Under the pieces are notes generated by a model. The model was not told where the DNA came from. It saw nothing but the letters and a program-made list of their open reading frames with translations, and did no database searches. From contig AP029158.1 of NCBI GenBank assembly GCA_037076615.1, forward strand, positions 133,470 to 197,469: a stretch of 64,000 nt of DNA. The letters are read 5' to 3'. This document shows positions 1 through 8,238 of the stretch, piece after piece. Numbering within the stretch: position 1 is the first letter of the stretch; each line of letters begins with the position of its first letter. The position numbers were made by a program, and so were the translations under genes. Source of the DNA: Candidatus Parcubacteria bacterium (lineage in GTDB: Bacteria > Patescibacteriota > Patescibacteriia > Patescibacteriales > UBA12465).

Positions 1-1331
1 ATTGCGACGCCCAATTCCCTAAGTGGAGTGGGCGTTGTTCGGAATGCGGGTCTTGGGGGACTTTAACCGAAGAAATTAAGGATCAAAAAGAGGCGGCCAA
101 AGCCGATTTAAGTAAAATTGCGGGCGCCGAACTCTTAGATTTACGGGAAATAAAAAATGACCAGTTGCCTCGTCTGCGCACCGGTCTTAGTGAGGTTGAT
201 GGCGTTTTTGGTGGCGGTTTGGTGCCGGGGTCACTAACGCTACTCGCTGGCGAGCCGGGTATTGGTAAATCTACCTTGGTGGCGCAGGTGGCGAGCTCTT
301 TAGGGCAGACGGCCACTGATAAAAAAACACCGGTAGTTATTTATGCAAGCGGGGAAGAATCGGCCCGGCAAGTGAAGGATCGCTTTGATCGTTTAGACTG
401 CAGTTTAGATAATCTTCGTTTTATCAGTGAAACTAATATTGAAAAAATTATTGCGACCGCCACTAAAGCAAAACCTCAGCTCTTAATTATTGACTCCATT
501 CAAACGGTCTATTCCGCTTTAATTCCTTCGGAGGCCGGCAGTTTAAATCAAATTCGGGCGGCGGCGGTAAAATTATTGGAGTTAGCTAAAGGCAACGACG
601 TCACCGTAATTATGGTGGGCCACATTACCAAAGATGGCCAGGTCGCCGGCCCTAAATCTTTAGAGCATATTGTTGATACGGTGGTTTATCTGGAGGCCGA
701 AAAAGCCAATAGTTTTTGTCTACTGCGAGCGAGTAAAAATCGTTTTGGCGCTACCAGTGAATTAGGAGTTTTAGAAATGACTAGTCGGGGATTTGAAACG
801 GTTGTTAACCCCAGTTCTGTTTTTATTGAAGGGGTAAGCGGTGGTATTTCCGGCTCCGTGGTCGGTTGCGTCTTAGAAGGCGCGCGCCCCTTTTTAGTTG
901 ACCTGCAGTCGCTGGTTTCAAAAACAGTTTTTGGTTATCCGCAACGAAAAGCCAGTGGCTTTGACCTGAACCGCTTACAAGTTTTGGCAGCGGTAATTTC
1001 CAAACGCACTAAAATAAATTTAAGTAGCCAAGATATTATTTTAAATTTAGTTGGCGGCTTGCGCTTGGCTGATCCGGGCTTGGATTTAGCGGCTTGTGCG
1101 GCAATGATTTCCTCTTTTTATAATAAAAACTTTAATCGCCAAACGCTTGTTATTGGCGAGGTTGGTCTGGGCGGTGAAGTTAGGGCGGTTTCGCGCCTGG
1201 AGCAGCGCTTGAAAGAAGCTGAAAAATTAGGCTTTAAGCAAGCGCTAATCCCCGATGTTCCGATAAAGGCGGCGAAGTTAAAATTAGTGAGAGTGAAGCA
1301 TTTAAATGACTTAGTTGAGTTTATAAAATAA
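1..1331 (+). CDS. radA: DNA repair protein RadA/Sms, 5' end cut by window edge
   Basis: Frame is open from nt 3. The zinc-ribbon CDAQFPKWSGRCSECGSWGT lies upstream of the ORF-track Met. Walker A GEPGIGKST, KNRFG motif and a Lon-like C-terminal region are present. Confidence 0.9.
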   Translation, partial: CDAQFPKWSGRCSECGSWGTLTEEIKDQKEAAKADLSKIAGAELLDLREIKNDQLPRLRTGLSEVDGVFGGGLVPGSLTLLAGEPGIGKSTLVAQVASSLGQTATDKKTPVVIYASGEESARQVKDRFDRLDCSLDNLRFISETNIEKIIATATKAKPQLLIIDSIQTVYSALIPSEAGSLNQIRAAAVKLLELAKGNDVTVIMVGHITKDGQVAGPKSLEHIVDTVVYLEAEKANSFCLLRASKNRFGATSELGVLEMTSRGFETVVNPSSVFIEGVSGGISGSVVGCVLEGARPFLVDLQSLVSKTVFGYPQRKASGFDLNRLQVLAAVISKRTKINLSSQDIILNLVGGLRLADPGLDLAACAAMISSFYNKNFNRQTLVIGEVGLGGEVRAVSRLEQRLKEAEKLGFKQALIPDVPIKAAKLKLVRVKHLNDLVEFIK

Positions 1332-1341
1332 GTAGTCAAAT

Positions 1342-1378
1342 AAAAAAGCCTGAGCATTATGTCAGGCTTTATTTTTTT
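1342..1378. terminator. Bidirectional intrinsic terminator between convergent genes
   Basis: Stem AGCCTGA/TCAGGCT (1347-1353 / 1362-1368) is flanked by an A-run and a T-run. Confidence 0.6.
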
Positions 1379-1382
1379 GTTT

Positions 1383-1736
1383 TTAAATATCTACTGTAGA
1401 TAGTATATCCACGGGGATCTTTTCTTCTACCTCCACTTTTTGATAGCGAGGTTTTTTGGGTTTTTCTTTTTGGAATTTCTTAGAAATAATTTTAAACTCC
1501 TTGGTGATAAATTTAAGGTATTCCTCATCTTTGGGGTGTTGGAGCGTTATCTGGCGCAGAGAAGCGTACTGATCGCTGCCTTCAATTAAGGCGCGAACTT
1601 CTCCGGTGCCGGTTATAAATAATTTGTCAAAATTGATTAATACCCTCTCCCCATCCTTCATAGTGCAATACAGTTTTTTGTAAGTTTTTGTTTTACAGCA
1701 AAACTGGCTGCCGTCTTTTGTCTCAATTCTTGCCAT
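1383..1736 (-). CDS. Hypothetical protein (117 aa)
   Basis: Clean ORF convergent with radA. I recognise no motif. Confidence 0.45.
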   Translation of the reverse strand: MARIETKDGSQFCCKTKTYKKLYCTMKDGERVLINFDKLFITGTGEVRALIEGSDQYASLRQITLQHPKDEEYLKFITKEFKIISKKFQKEKPKKPRYQKVEVEEKIPVDILSTVDI

Positions 1737-1831
1737 GTTTTTTATTTTTAAAGTTCAACATTTATTGAAATGTTAGTGTATCATTAAATTAGTAGCTTGT
1801 CAAATAGTGCTAATTATGGTAGTTTTCAAAT

Positions 1832-3037
1832 ATGACTAAAACCGATTTTAATTACCTTTTTTCTCCGAAGTTTGCGGCTGATTACCAGAAATATCAGTCT
1901 TTTAGCGACCAGGAGCTAGATCGTCTAATTTTAAGCTCCGAAATCTCGCCCACCTTAGCGACCCAAATTAAGAATCGTCGGCGCGCAGCCAAGCGTTTTT
2001 CGCGGGCTAAGGAGCTGTTTTTTACCAGCTCGGGCCTGGAGCAGGCTAGCGGTGAGGCGGTAGCTACCTATATCGCTACCAGAGCCGCTAAGTTCCCAAA
2101 AATCGTTGATTTAGGGTGCGGTTTAGGTTTTAACAGTATTTTTTTGGCGGCCGCCGGTGCTTCTGTTTTTGCAGTGGAGCGCGATGCGGAACGCCTTGAC
2201 TTAGCTCAAGCTAACGCCAAGGTTTATCAAGTAGCGGATAAAATTAAATTTTTAGCAGGAGATTTTCTAGAGCCCTCTTTTGCCGATTTTTATAAGAATA
2301 ATTTTTCGACTTTGGACCCCGCCCCCGCCTTTTTTCTAGACCCGGCCCGTAATCTGGCCTCAGGAGCAAAAACCAGGAGTTTGCTAAATTCTCAGCCGAA
2401 TCTCTTTGCGTTGTTGCCGCAAATTTTAGAGTTTACCGAAAATGTCGCGGTTAAAATATCACCAGCTTTTGACTACCGAGAATTAGAGCAGCTTCCTGGT
2501 GACCCCGAAGTAGAAGTTGTTTCTGAGGACGGCGTTTGCAAGGTGGCCATGTTGTGGTTTGGATCTTTTAAAGAAACTAAACGTCAGGCGACGGTTTTAA
2601 AAGCTGGCCAAAAGGTATTTTCTTTAAGTTCCGGCCTAGAATCCTTGGCGTTTAGCTTGCCCGCCAATTATCTTTATTTCCCTGATAAAGCGGTGGCCCG
2701 TGCGCAGCTAACATTGGTTTTTGCCGCCTCTTATGATCTAAAACCAATCAGCCCCACCAATCCGCTTTTAAGTAGTGCCGACTTTAAGGCGGTTCCGGCC
2801 AGTCGCCATTTTAAAATTATTTCGCAGGGCCGCTTTTCCCTAAAATCTTTAAAGCGTCTTTTAAAAGAAGAGAAAGTGGAGCGTGCCGAGTTAGTAGTTA
2901 AAGGGATAAAAATAAGTGCCGAAGAGTTGCGTACTCGTCTCAAGCTCCAAGAGGGTGGCGGGCAAACAATTTTTATTTTTCCTCATGAAGGGTCGGGCAA
3001 TTATTATATTTGGGCAGAAAACATCCAAAAATTTTAA
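1832..3037 (+). CDS. Class I SAM-dependent methyltransferase with a C-terminal extension
   Basis: SAM-binding motif I VDLGCGLGFNSIFLAAAG, then acidic-loop VFAVERD and LAGDF motifs. Confidence 0.7.
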   Translation: MTKTDFNYLFSPKFAADYQKYQSFSDQELDRLILSSEISPTLATQIKNRRRAAKRFSRAKELFFTSSGLEQASGEAVATYIATRAAKFPKIVDLGCGLGFNSIFLAAAGASVFAVERDAERLDLAQANAKVYQVADKIKFLAGDFLEPSFADFYKNNFSTLDPAPAFFLDPARNLASGAKTRSLLNSQPNLFALLPQILEFTENVAVKISPAFDYRELEQLPGDPEVEVVSEDGVCKVAMLWFGSFKETKRQATVLKAGQKVFSLSSGLESLAFSLPANYLYFPDKAVARAQLTLVFAASYDLKPISPTNPLLSSADFKAVPASRHFKIISQGRFSLKSLKRLLKEEKVERAELVVKGIKISAEELRTRLKLQEGGGQTIFIFPHEGSGNYYIWAENIQKF

Positions 3038-3066
3038 GGTTAATAATTTGCCTAAACTAAGCCTAT

Positions 3067-3095
3067 TTGACAATATAGTATAAATCTGCTATAAT
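3067..3095 (+). promoter_or_regulatory. Consensus sigma70-type promoter
   Basis: TTGACA (3067-3072), 17-nt spacer, TATAAT (3090-3095), upstream of the small membrane-protein genes. Confidence 0.5.
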
Positions 3096-3132
3096 TCACT
3101 CAGAGTTATTTAACAATTAAATATAAGAAATA

Positions 3133-3414
3133 GTGAAGGAATTAAAACTTTGCTTAGCATTGCTAGGGATAATCCTTTGTTTATACTTCATCCTGATGTA
3201 TTTAGGGGTTGTAATAGCGATTATTCTCATTTTTACTGACAATCCCGGAGCGATGTTTTTCCTTCGCCCGGCACTTGACGCTTTCTGCGCACCGTCTTGG
3301 TTGCATGTAATTCTTGGCTCCATATCCTTGTTTGCTATCGTTTACTTCTATAACGATAATAATGGAGAATACTTAGAAAAGATAATTAATGAAAAATTAA
3401 CACAAAAATACTAG
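3133..3414 (+). CDS. Small membrane protein (93 aa, non-ATG start in ORF track)
   Basis: Hydrophobic segments LALLGIILCLYFILMYLGVVIAIILIF and WLHVILGSISLFAIVYF. Confidence 0.4.
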   Translation: MKELKLCLALLGIILCLYFILMYLGVVIAIILIFTDNPGAMFFLRPALDAFCAPSWLHVILGSISLFAIVYFYNDNNGEYLEKIINEKLTQKY

Positions 3415-3417
3415 AAC

Positions 3418-3675
3418 ATGGAAAAGATTAAAAACATTTTTGGAGTAATCGGAATTCTGATGCTCAGCGCTTTCGTAGTCATTTGCTTGATGCACTTATG
3501 GGGCTTTCTATCTTATGTTTTAGATGGTGGCTACCCTCACTATGGCGCCAGAGACATGTTTGAAACAATCACCAATTGGCCCTGGTATGTGCTAACAATC
3601 TTAGGCGGCTGGTCTGCTTTCGGTGTTTACCGCGCTTATCTTTGGGGCAAAGAGTGTGAAGATGCTGAGGCTTAA
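3418..3675 (+). CDS. Small membrane protein (85 aa)
   Basis: Two hydrophobic helices. Starts 3 nt after the previous ORF. Confidence 0.45.
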   Translation: MEKIKNIFGVIGILMLSAFVVICLMHLWGFLSYVLDGGYPHYGARDMFETITNWPWYVLTILGGWSAFGVYRAYLWGKECEDAEA

Positions 3676-3722
3676 AAAAATAAAAGACTTCGTAATGAAG
3701 TCTTTTTTCTTTGGTAAAAATC

Positions 3723-5801
3723 TTATTCCAAGTGTAAATTTTTCTCCCATTCACCTAAGCGCGCCTTTATTTGTGGATGTTTATTTAAATCAGGGTCCGA
3801 GTTTATTAGTTTCACAGCTTCGGCTCGAGCGGCTCTTAAAAAGGGAAGATTAAAAATAGTCCCTAGTTGCCAATCTTTGAAACCACTTTGGATTTGGCCA
3901 AATAGATCACCGCTGCCGCGGAGCTCCAAGTCCTTTTCGGCTAGTTTGAGGCCGTTATTAGTTTCGGTCATTATTGTTAGTCTTTCTAAGGTCTTCGGAT
4001 TTTTTATATTTTCCTGACTGGGGATTAGGAAACAATAAGAGGCATCTTTGCCGCGCCCCACTCGGCCACGGAATTGGTGTAACTGCGCCAGACCAAAGCG
4101 ATCGGCACCCTCAATAACCATCACCGTCGCATTGGGAAAATCAATGCCGACCTCAATCACGGAGGTTGAAACTAAAATATTTATTTTGCGGGTGGCAAAT
4201 CTTGCTAAAACCTCTTCTTTGCCTTTGGCTGTTAAACGTCCATGAAGTAGCCCCACCTTATATTCTGGAAAAACTTCTTCTTGAAGGCGGCGCTGTTCTG
4301 TTTTTGCCGATTTTACTTCCAGTTTGTCGGAATCTTCAACTAGGGGGCAAATGACAAAAACCTGCCGGCCCGCCTCAATCTCTTGGCGCAAGCGCACTTC
4401 CATGGCGGCTCTCTGCCCACTGGCGACTAAGAAAGTTTTTATTTCTTGTCGGCCTGCCGGCTGCTCCGCGATGATTGATAAATCTAAATCGCTGTAAATA
4501 GTTAGGGCGAGTGAGCGGGGGATAGGCGTGGCCGTCATGGAGAGAAAATGTGGGGCCCAATTTTTTTCTTGGCCTAAAATTTGATGACGCTGGTTAACGC
4601 CAAAACGATGCTGTTCGTCAACCACCGCTAAAGCTAGACGCGGAAAAGAAACGCCGGGCTGAATCAGAGCTTGGGTGCCGATAATTAAATCAGCCTCTTG
4701 CCGCAATAATTCTTTTTTATCTTTATTATTTAACTTCGGATCGACGGCAAAATTAGCCTCTTGATAACTGGCTGTTAGTAGGGCCACCTTAAATTTTTGG
4801 TGTTTAAAAAATTGGCTAAAAGTTTGGTAATGCTGGGTGGCTAAAACTTCGGTAGGGGTCATGAGCGCTCCCTGCCTGCCGGCGAGAATAACATTTAAAA
4901 AAGCCATGGCGGCGACCACCGTTTTGCCGCTACCCACATCACCTTCTAAAAGTCGAGACATGGGCCGGCCTTTACCTAAATCACCAATAATTTCCCAAGC
5001 TGATTTACGTTGATCATTGGTTAATTTAAAAGGTAGCTGAGCCACAAAATCTTGGGTCGTTTTTTCTTGAAAAGGGATGGCAGGCGCTTCTAAATGGGCC
5101 AATTCTTTTTTAATCGTTTGCGATTTTAATTGGCGTAAAAATAAATCACTAAAGGCTAAGCGTTGGCGGCTAGCACTAATTTCGGCCTCGGTGGCGGGTT
5201 GGTGGATATAACGCAGCGCTGTCGCTAAATCTAATAAATTAAGGCGCTCACGAATTTCTGCCGGTACCCAGTCGCTTAATTTTTTGGCTAAAGGCAAAAC
5301 CTGGCGAACGGCTTGGCGAATTTGCTTTTGAGATAATTTAGCGGTGCTCGGATAATGGGGGACTAAACCGCTAGTATTGATTAGTTCTGCTTGAGTGACT
5401 CTTTCGTAATCAGGCGAGACCATCTGCGGGGCGCCGTTATCGCTTTGAACGCGGCCGGCCACCGAAATTTCGTCGCCCACTTTTAAATTACGCGTTAAAA
5501 AACTTTGGTTAAACCAAATTAATTTTAGAAAACCAGTATCATCGCGTAAAAGCGCCTCAGTAATCTGGAGGCGGCGTCCACGGCTGCGGCGGCTCTGGAT
5601 TAAATCGATAGTCCCAATAACATTAGCAGTTTCGCCAATTTTTAAAGCATTAATACTGCGGCCGCTGGAAAAATTATCATAACGGAAGGGGGTATAAAAT
5701 AATAAATCCCCGGCGGTATTAAGGCCGAGTTTGGCAAATTGTTTCGCGGTGACTTCGCCCACGCGGTAAAGGGTGGGTAGTGGGCTGCTGAACTTTAACA
5801 T
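3723..5801 (-). CDS. recG: ATP-dependent DNA helicase RecG
   Basis: N-terminal wedge/OB region, helicase Walker A GDVGSGKT, DEQHRFG (VVDEQHRFGV) and motif VI QLHQFRGRVGRG. Confidence 0.9.
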   Translation of the reverse strand: MLKFSSPLPTLYRVGEVTAKQFAKLGLNTAGDLLFYTPFRYDNFSSGRSINALKIGETANVIGTIDLIQSRRSRGRRLQITEALLRDDTGFLKLIWFNQSFLTRNLKVGDEISVAGRVQSDNGAPQMVSPDYERVTQAELINTSGLVPHYPSTAKLSQKQIRQAVRQVLPLAKKLSDWVPAEIRERLNLLDLATALRYIHQPATEAEISASRQRLAFSDLFLRQLKSQTIKKELAHLEAPAIPFQEKTTQDFVAQLPFKLTNDQRKSAWEIIGDLGKGRPMSRLLEGDVGSGKTVVAAMAFLNVILAGRQGALMTPTEVLATQHYQTFSQFFKHQKFKVALLTASYQEANFAVDPKLNNKDKKELLRQEADLIIGTQALIQPGVSFPRLALAVVDEQHRFGVNQRHQILGQEKNWAPHFLSMTATPIPRSLALTIYSDLDLSIIAEQPAGRQEIKTFLVASGQRAAMEVRLRQEIEAGRQVFVICPLVEDSDKLEVKSAKTEQRRLQEEVFPEYKVGLLHGRLTAKGKEEVLARFATRKINILVSTSVIEVGIDFPNATVMVIEGADRFGLAQLHQFRGRVGRGKDASYCFLIPSQENIKNPKTLERLTIMTETNNGLKLAEKDLELRGSGDLFGQIQSGFKDWQLGTIFNLPFLRAARAEAVKLINSDPDLNKHPQIKARLGEWEKNLHLE

Positions 5802-5853
5802 AGGGTTATTATATCAAAAAAGCTTCGCCAAAATAAGGAGAAGCTTTATTTTC

Positions 5854-5928
5854 TGGTGTCCCCGCTAGGAATCGAACCTAGATTACGGGCTCCGCAAGCC
5901 CGTGTTCTATCCATTAAACTACGAGGAC
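5854..5928 (-). tRNA. tRNA-Arg, anticodon GCG, CCA encoded
   Basis: Hand-folded cloverleaf from the reverse complement GTCCTCGTAGTTTAATGGATAGAACACGGGCTTGCGGAGCCCGTAATCTAGGTTCGATTCCTAGCGGGGACACCA. Acceptor 7 bp, anticodon stem CGGGC/GCCCG, loop TTGCGGA, T-loop TTCGATT. Confidence 0.85.
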
Positions 5929-5943
5929 CTAAAGACCATTAAA

Positions 5944-6468
5944 TCACAATTTTAACAGCTTCGTCAACTGTTCCGAGATTGGTGGCGCCACTCGTTCCAA
6001 ATCTTCATTTAGGTGGCGCTTCAAAAAGTTCCTCATTTCAATCGGGTCCTCGTCGTATAAATTGATGGATAAGCGCGGGTATCTAAGACTATTTTTAAAA
6101 TCAAAATAAAGACGTTTTAAATCTTCATCAGGTTTATATAGTATGCAAAAATTGCTGATGATATCGTAATCGTAAAAATGATTTCCAATAGTTACACCGG
6201 TCGGCCCTAAGATACAGTCTAAAATATTTGGTTCGCGGCCTTCATTCATAATGTAGAGAATAGCAGCAGCGATTAAAATTAAAGGGAAAATAAAATTGGA
6301 ATTGGCGCCTAAAAAAACAATTTTCCAATTGATGATCTCAAAGAAAGAAAAAAACACACAGACTAAGAAGAATAGCGTGGCCAATATATACCAATTGCGG
6401 TTGCGCTCGCGAATCTCAAATTCTGGAATTTTCCAAGTAATTGAAGTGATAAGTTTGTCTTCGGACAT
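5944..6468 (-). CDS. Hypothetical membrane protein (174 aa)
   Basis: Two central hydrophobic helices. I recognise no catalytic motif. Confidence 0.45.
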   Translation of the reverse strand: MSEDKLITSITWKIPEFEIRERNRNWYILATLFFLVCVFFSFFEIINWKIVFLGANSNFIFPLILIAAAILYIMNEGREPNILDCILGPTGVTIGNHFYDYDIISNFCILYKPDEDLKRLYFDFKNSLRYPRLSINLYDEDPIEMRNFLKRHLNEDLERVAPPISEQLTKLLKL

Positions 6469-6559
6469 ATTTTTAGAAAAACGCCGCTTTTTTTGATTGA
6501 CAAGACGAAGCGTTTTTTATATATTTGATTTAGTTATTATAACATAAGAAGACAAAAAA

Positions 6560-6652
6560 GGAGAGATGGCCGAGCGGCTGAAGGCGGCAGGTTGCTAACT
6601 TGCTATAGGAGTTTACCTCCTATCCAGGGTTCGAATCCCTGTCTCTCCGCCA
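6560..6652 (+). tRNA. tRNA-Ser, anticodon GCU, long variable arm, CCA encoded
   Basis: GGAGAGA acceptor, anticodon stem GCAGG/CTTGC with loop TTGCTAA, long variable arm, T-arm CAGGGTTCGAATCCCTG, 3' end TCTCTCCGCCA. Confidence 0.9.
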
Positions 6653-6682
6653 AGACAATTTAGTATCGTGCAGACCCGAGTA
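6652..6682 (+). repeat. Left copy (T1) of the tRNA-Ser trailer repeat; putative attL region
   Basis: AAGACAATTTAGTATCGTGCAGACCCGAGTA. It shares the blocks TTTA-N-TAT and GACCCGAGTA with 24085-24142. It is 25/26 identical to the tRNA-Ser(UGA) 3' end plus trailer. Confidence 0.6.
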
Positions 6683-6764
6683 ATCGTGATTTAGTTGCGA
6701 CTCGACTGCCTAACAAATTGCTAACAAAAAACAACGATTTTCGAGTCGTTGTTTTTTGTTTAGT

Positions 6765-8087
6765 TTAATCTTCTATCAAGGTCAACTTTTTATCTTTATA
6801 CATTATTTTTGATCTCAGATTAGCTAGTAGCTCTCTTTTTTCAGATACTGCGCCTTCTTTTAATAAGTATTTAGCATAATTTCTTATATCCATTTCTTTG
6901 TCGGTTTTCAGTTTTTCCGTAGCACCCAGTACTGATCTTTGAAAGATATTAAATCGGGCTATTTCATCCTCTAATTTTTGCCTCATTCCTAACTCGTTAA
7001 TATTTACTTTGTCTAATATTTTAAGTAATTCAGCAATAAGCTCTTCTTCTCTGATATATTTATTTTTACAATTTCTATCCCTAGCTCTTGAGCATGAATA
7101 GTAGATATATCTGGCGTGTGTACCATCTTTAAGTTGTTTATATTTTTCTTCTGCTGATATGCCTGACCCGCAATGACCACAAGTAAATAGTTTAGTGAAG
7201 GCAAATTCTCTATTTTCTCTAACAATTTTATCTCTTTTTAATTGAGCTTGAGCTTTTTCAAATAAATCTTTATTTATTATCGGCTTATGTTTTCCCTGAT
7301 ACCAGTTACCGCTACCAACTGGTCTTTCAAATACTCCGTAATAAAAAGGGTTATCTAGTATTCTATATACTCCAGCCAGTGTTAATGGTTTATTTCCTCG
7401 AGTATAGAAGTTTAATTCATGTTTAAGATAGTTATATAATTTCCGACCACTATATTTTTCATAAGCTACTTTTTCAAACATTTTCTTGATAGCTGGCGCT
7501 CTTAATGGATCAATAATAACTTGGCATTTTTTATCCATTCTTTTTTGGTTTAAATAACCTAGCGGAGCAAGTCCAACCCATAAACCCATTTCTGCTCTAG
7601 TCCTTAGCCCTCGTCTAACATTAATTCCTCGATTATCATTTTCTAACTTGGCTTGCGATCCTAAAATCATAAGCAGGAATTTCTCATTTGGATTATTAGA
7701 AAATTTCTGACCATATGTCCTAATTTCTAGCAGGGCACCACTATCCATTAAATCCACTATTTTCCCTAAATCACCAGCATTACGAGATATGCGGTCAGGA
7801 GCCCAAGTCAAAATGGCGTTAAATTTACCCTCTTTGATTTCGTCCACAATCTCATTGAAGACTGGTCTTTGACCTGTTTCTTTGGCGCTGTGCGATTCTC
7901 GCTTTAATTCGACCACATCAAGGCCTTCTCGCTCGGCCAGCTCAAGCATCTCTTTTATTTGGCTATCTATTGATAAGACTTGCCTTTCCTCGCTTTCGGT
8001 CGATTTTCTTGCATAAAGGCAGTATTTTACCTTAATTTTGGTCTCTATTTTGCCTTGAGTCCCTACGGGCATTAATGTTGTATTCAT
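6765..8087 (-). CDS. Large serine recombinase (integrase)
   Basis: N-terminal resolvase-type catalytic motif YARKSTESEERQVLSIDSQ, a recombinase domain, a zinc-ribbon CGHCGS...YYSCS...C and a C-terminal coiled-coil region. Confidence 0.85.
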   Translation of the reverse strand: MNTTLMPVGTQGKIETKIKVKYCLYARKSTESEERQVLSIDSQIKEMLELAEREGLDVVELKRESHSAKETGQRPVFNEIVDEIKEGKFNAILTWAPDRISRNAGDLGKIVDLMDSGALLEIRTYGQKFSNNPNEKFLLMILGSQAKLENDNRGINVRRGLRTRAEMGLWVGLAPLGYLNQKRMDKKCQVIIDPLRAPAIKKMFEKVAYEKYSGRKLYNYLKHELNFYTRGNKPLTLAGVYRILDNPFYYGVFERPVGSGNWYQGKHKPIINKDLFEKAQAQLKRDKIVRENREFAFTKLFTCGHCGSGISAEEKYKQLKDGTHARYIYYSCSRARDRNCKNKYIREEELIAELLKILDKVNINELGMRQKLEDEIARFNIFQRSVLGATEKLKTDKEMDIRNYAKYLLKEGAVSEKRELLANLRSKIMYKDKKLTLIED

Positions 8088-8159
8088 ATACCAACATTAA
8101 TGACGCAACCGCCCTGAAGAGTCTAGGACGCCTCAAGTAGATAAACTGTTGATAACTTT

Positions 8160-8213
8160 ACACATGTTAACTTGACATAAATTTTTTATTAAGCTATAAT
8201 TAACACATGTTAA
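8160..8213 (+). promoter_or_regulatory. Consensus promoter of the hsdM operon flanked by two identical 11-mers
   Basis: ACACATGTTAA at 8160-8170 and 8203-8213. TTGACA (8172-8177), 17-nt spacer, TATAAT (8195-8200). Confidence 0.55.
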
Positions 8214-8238
8214 GTTTATTATAAATTATTTATAAAAT

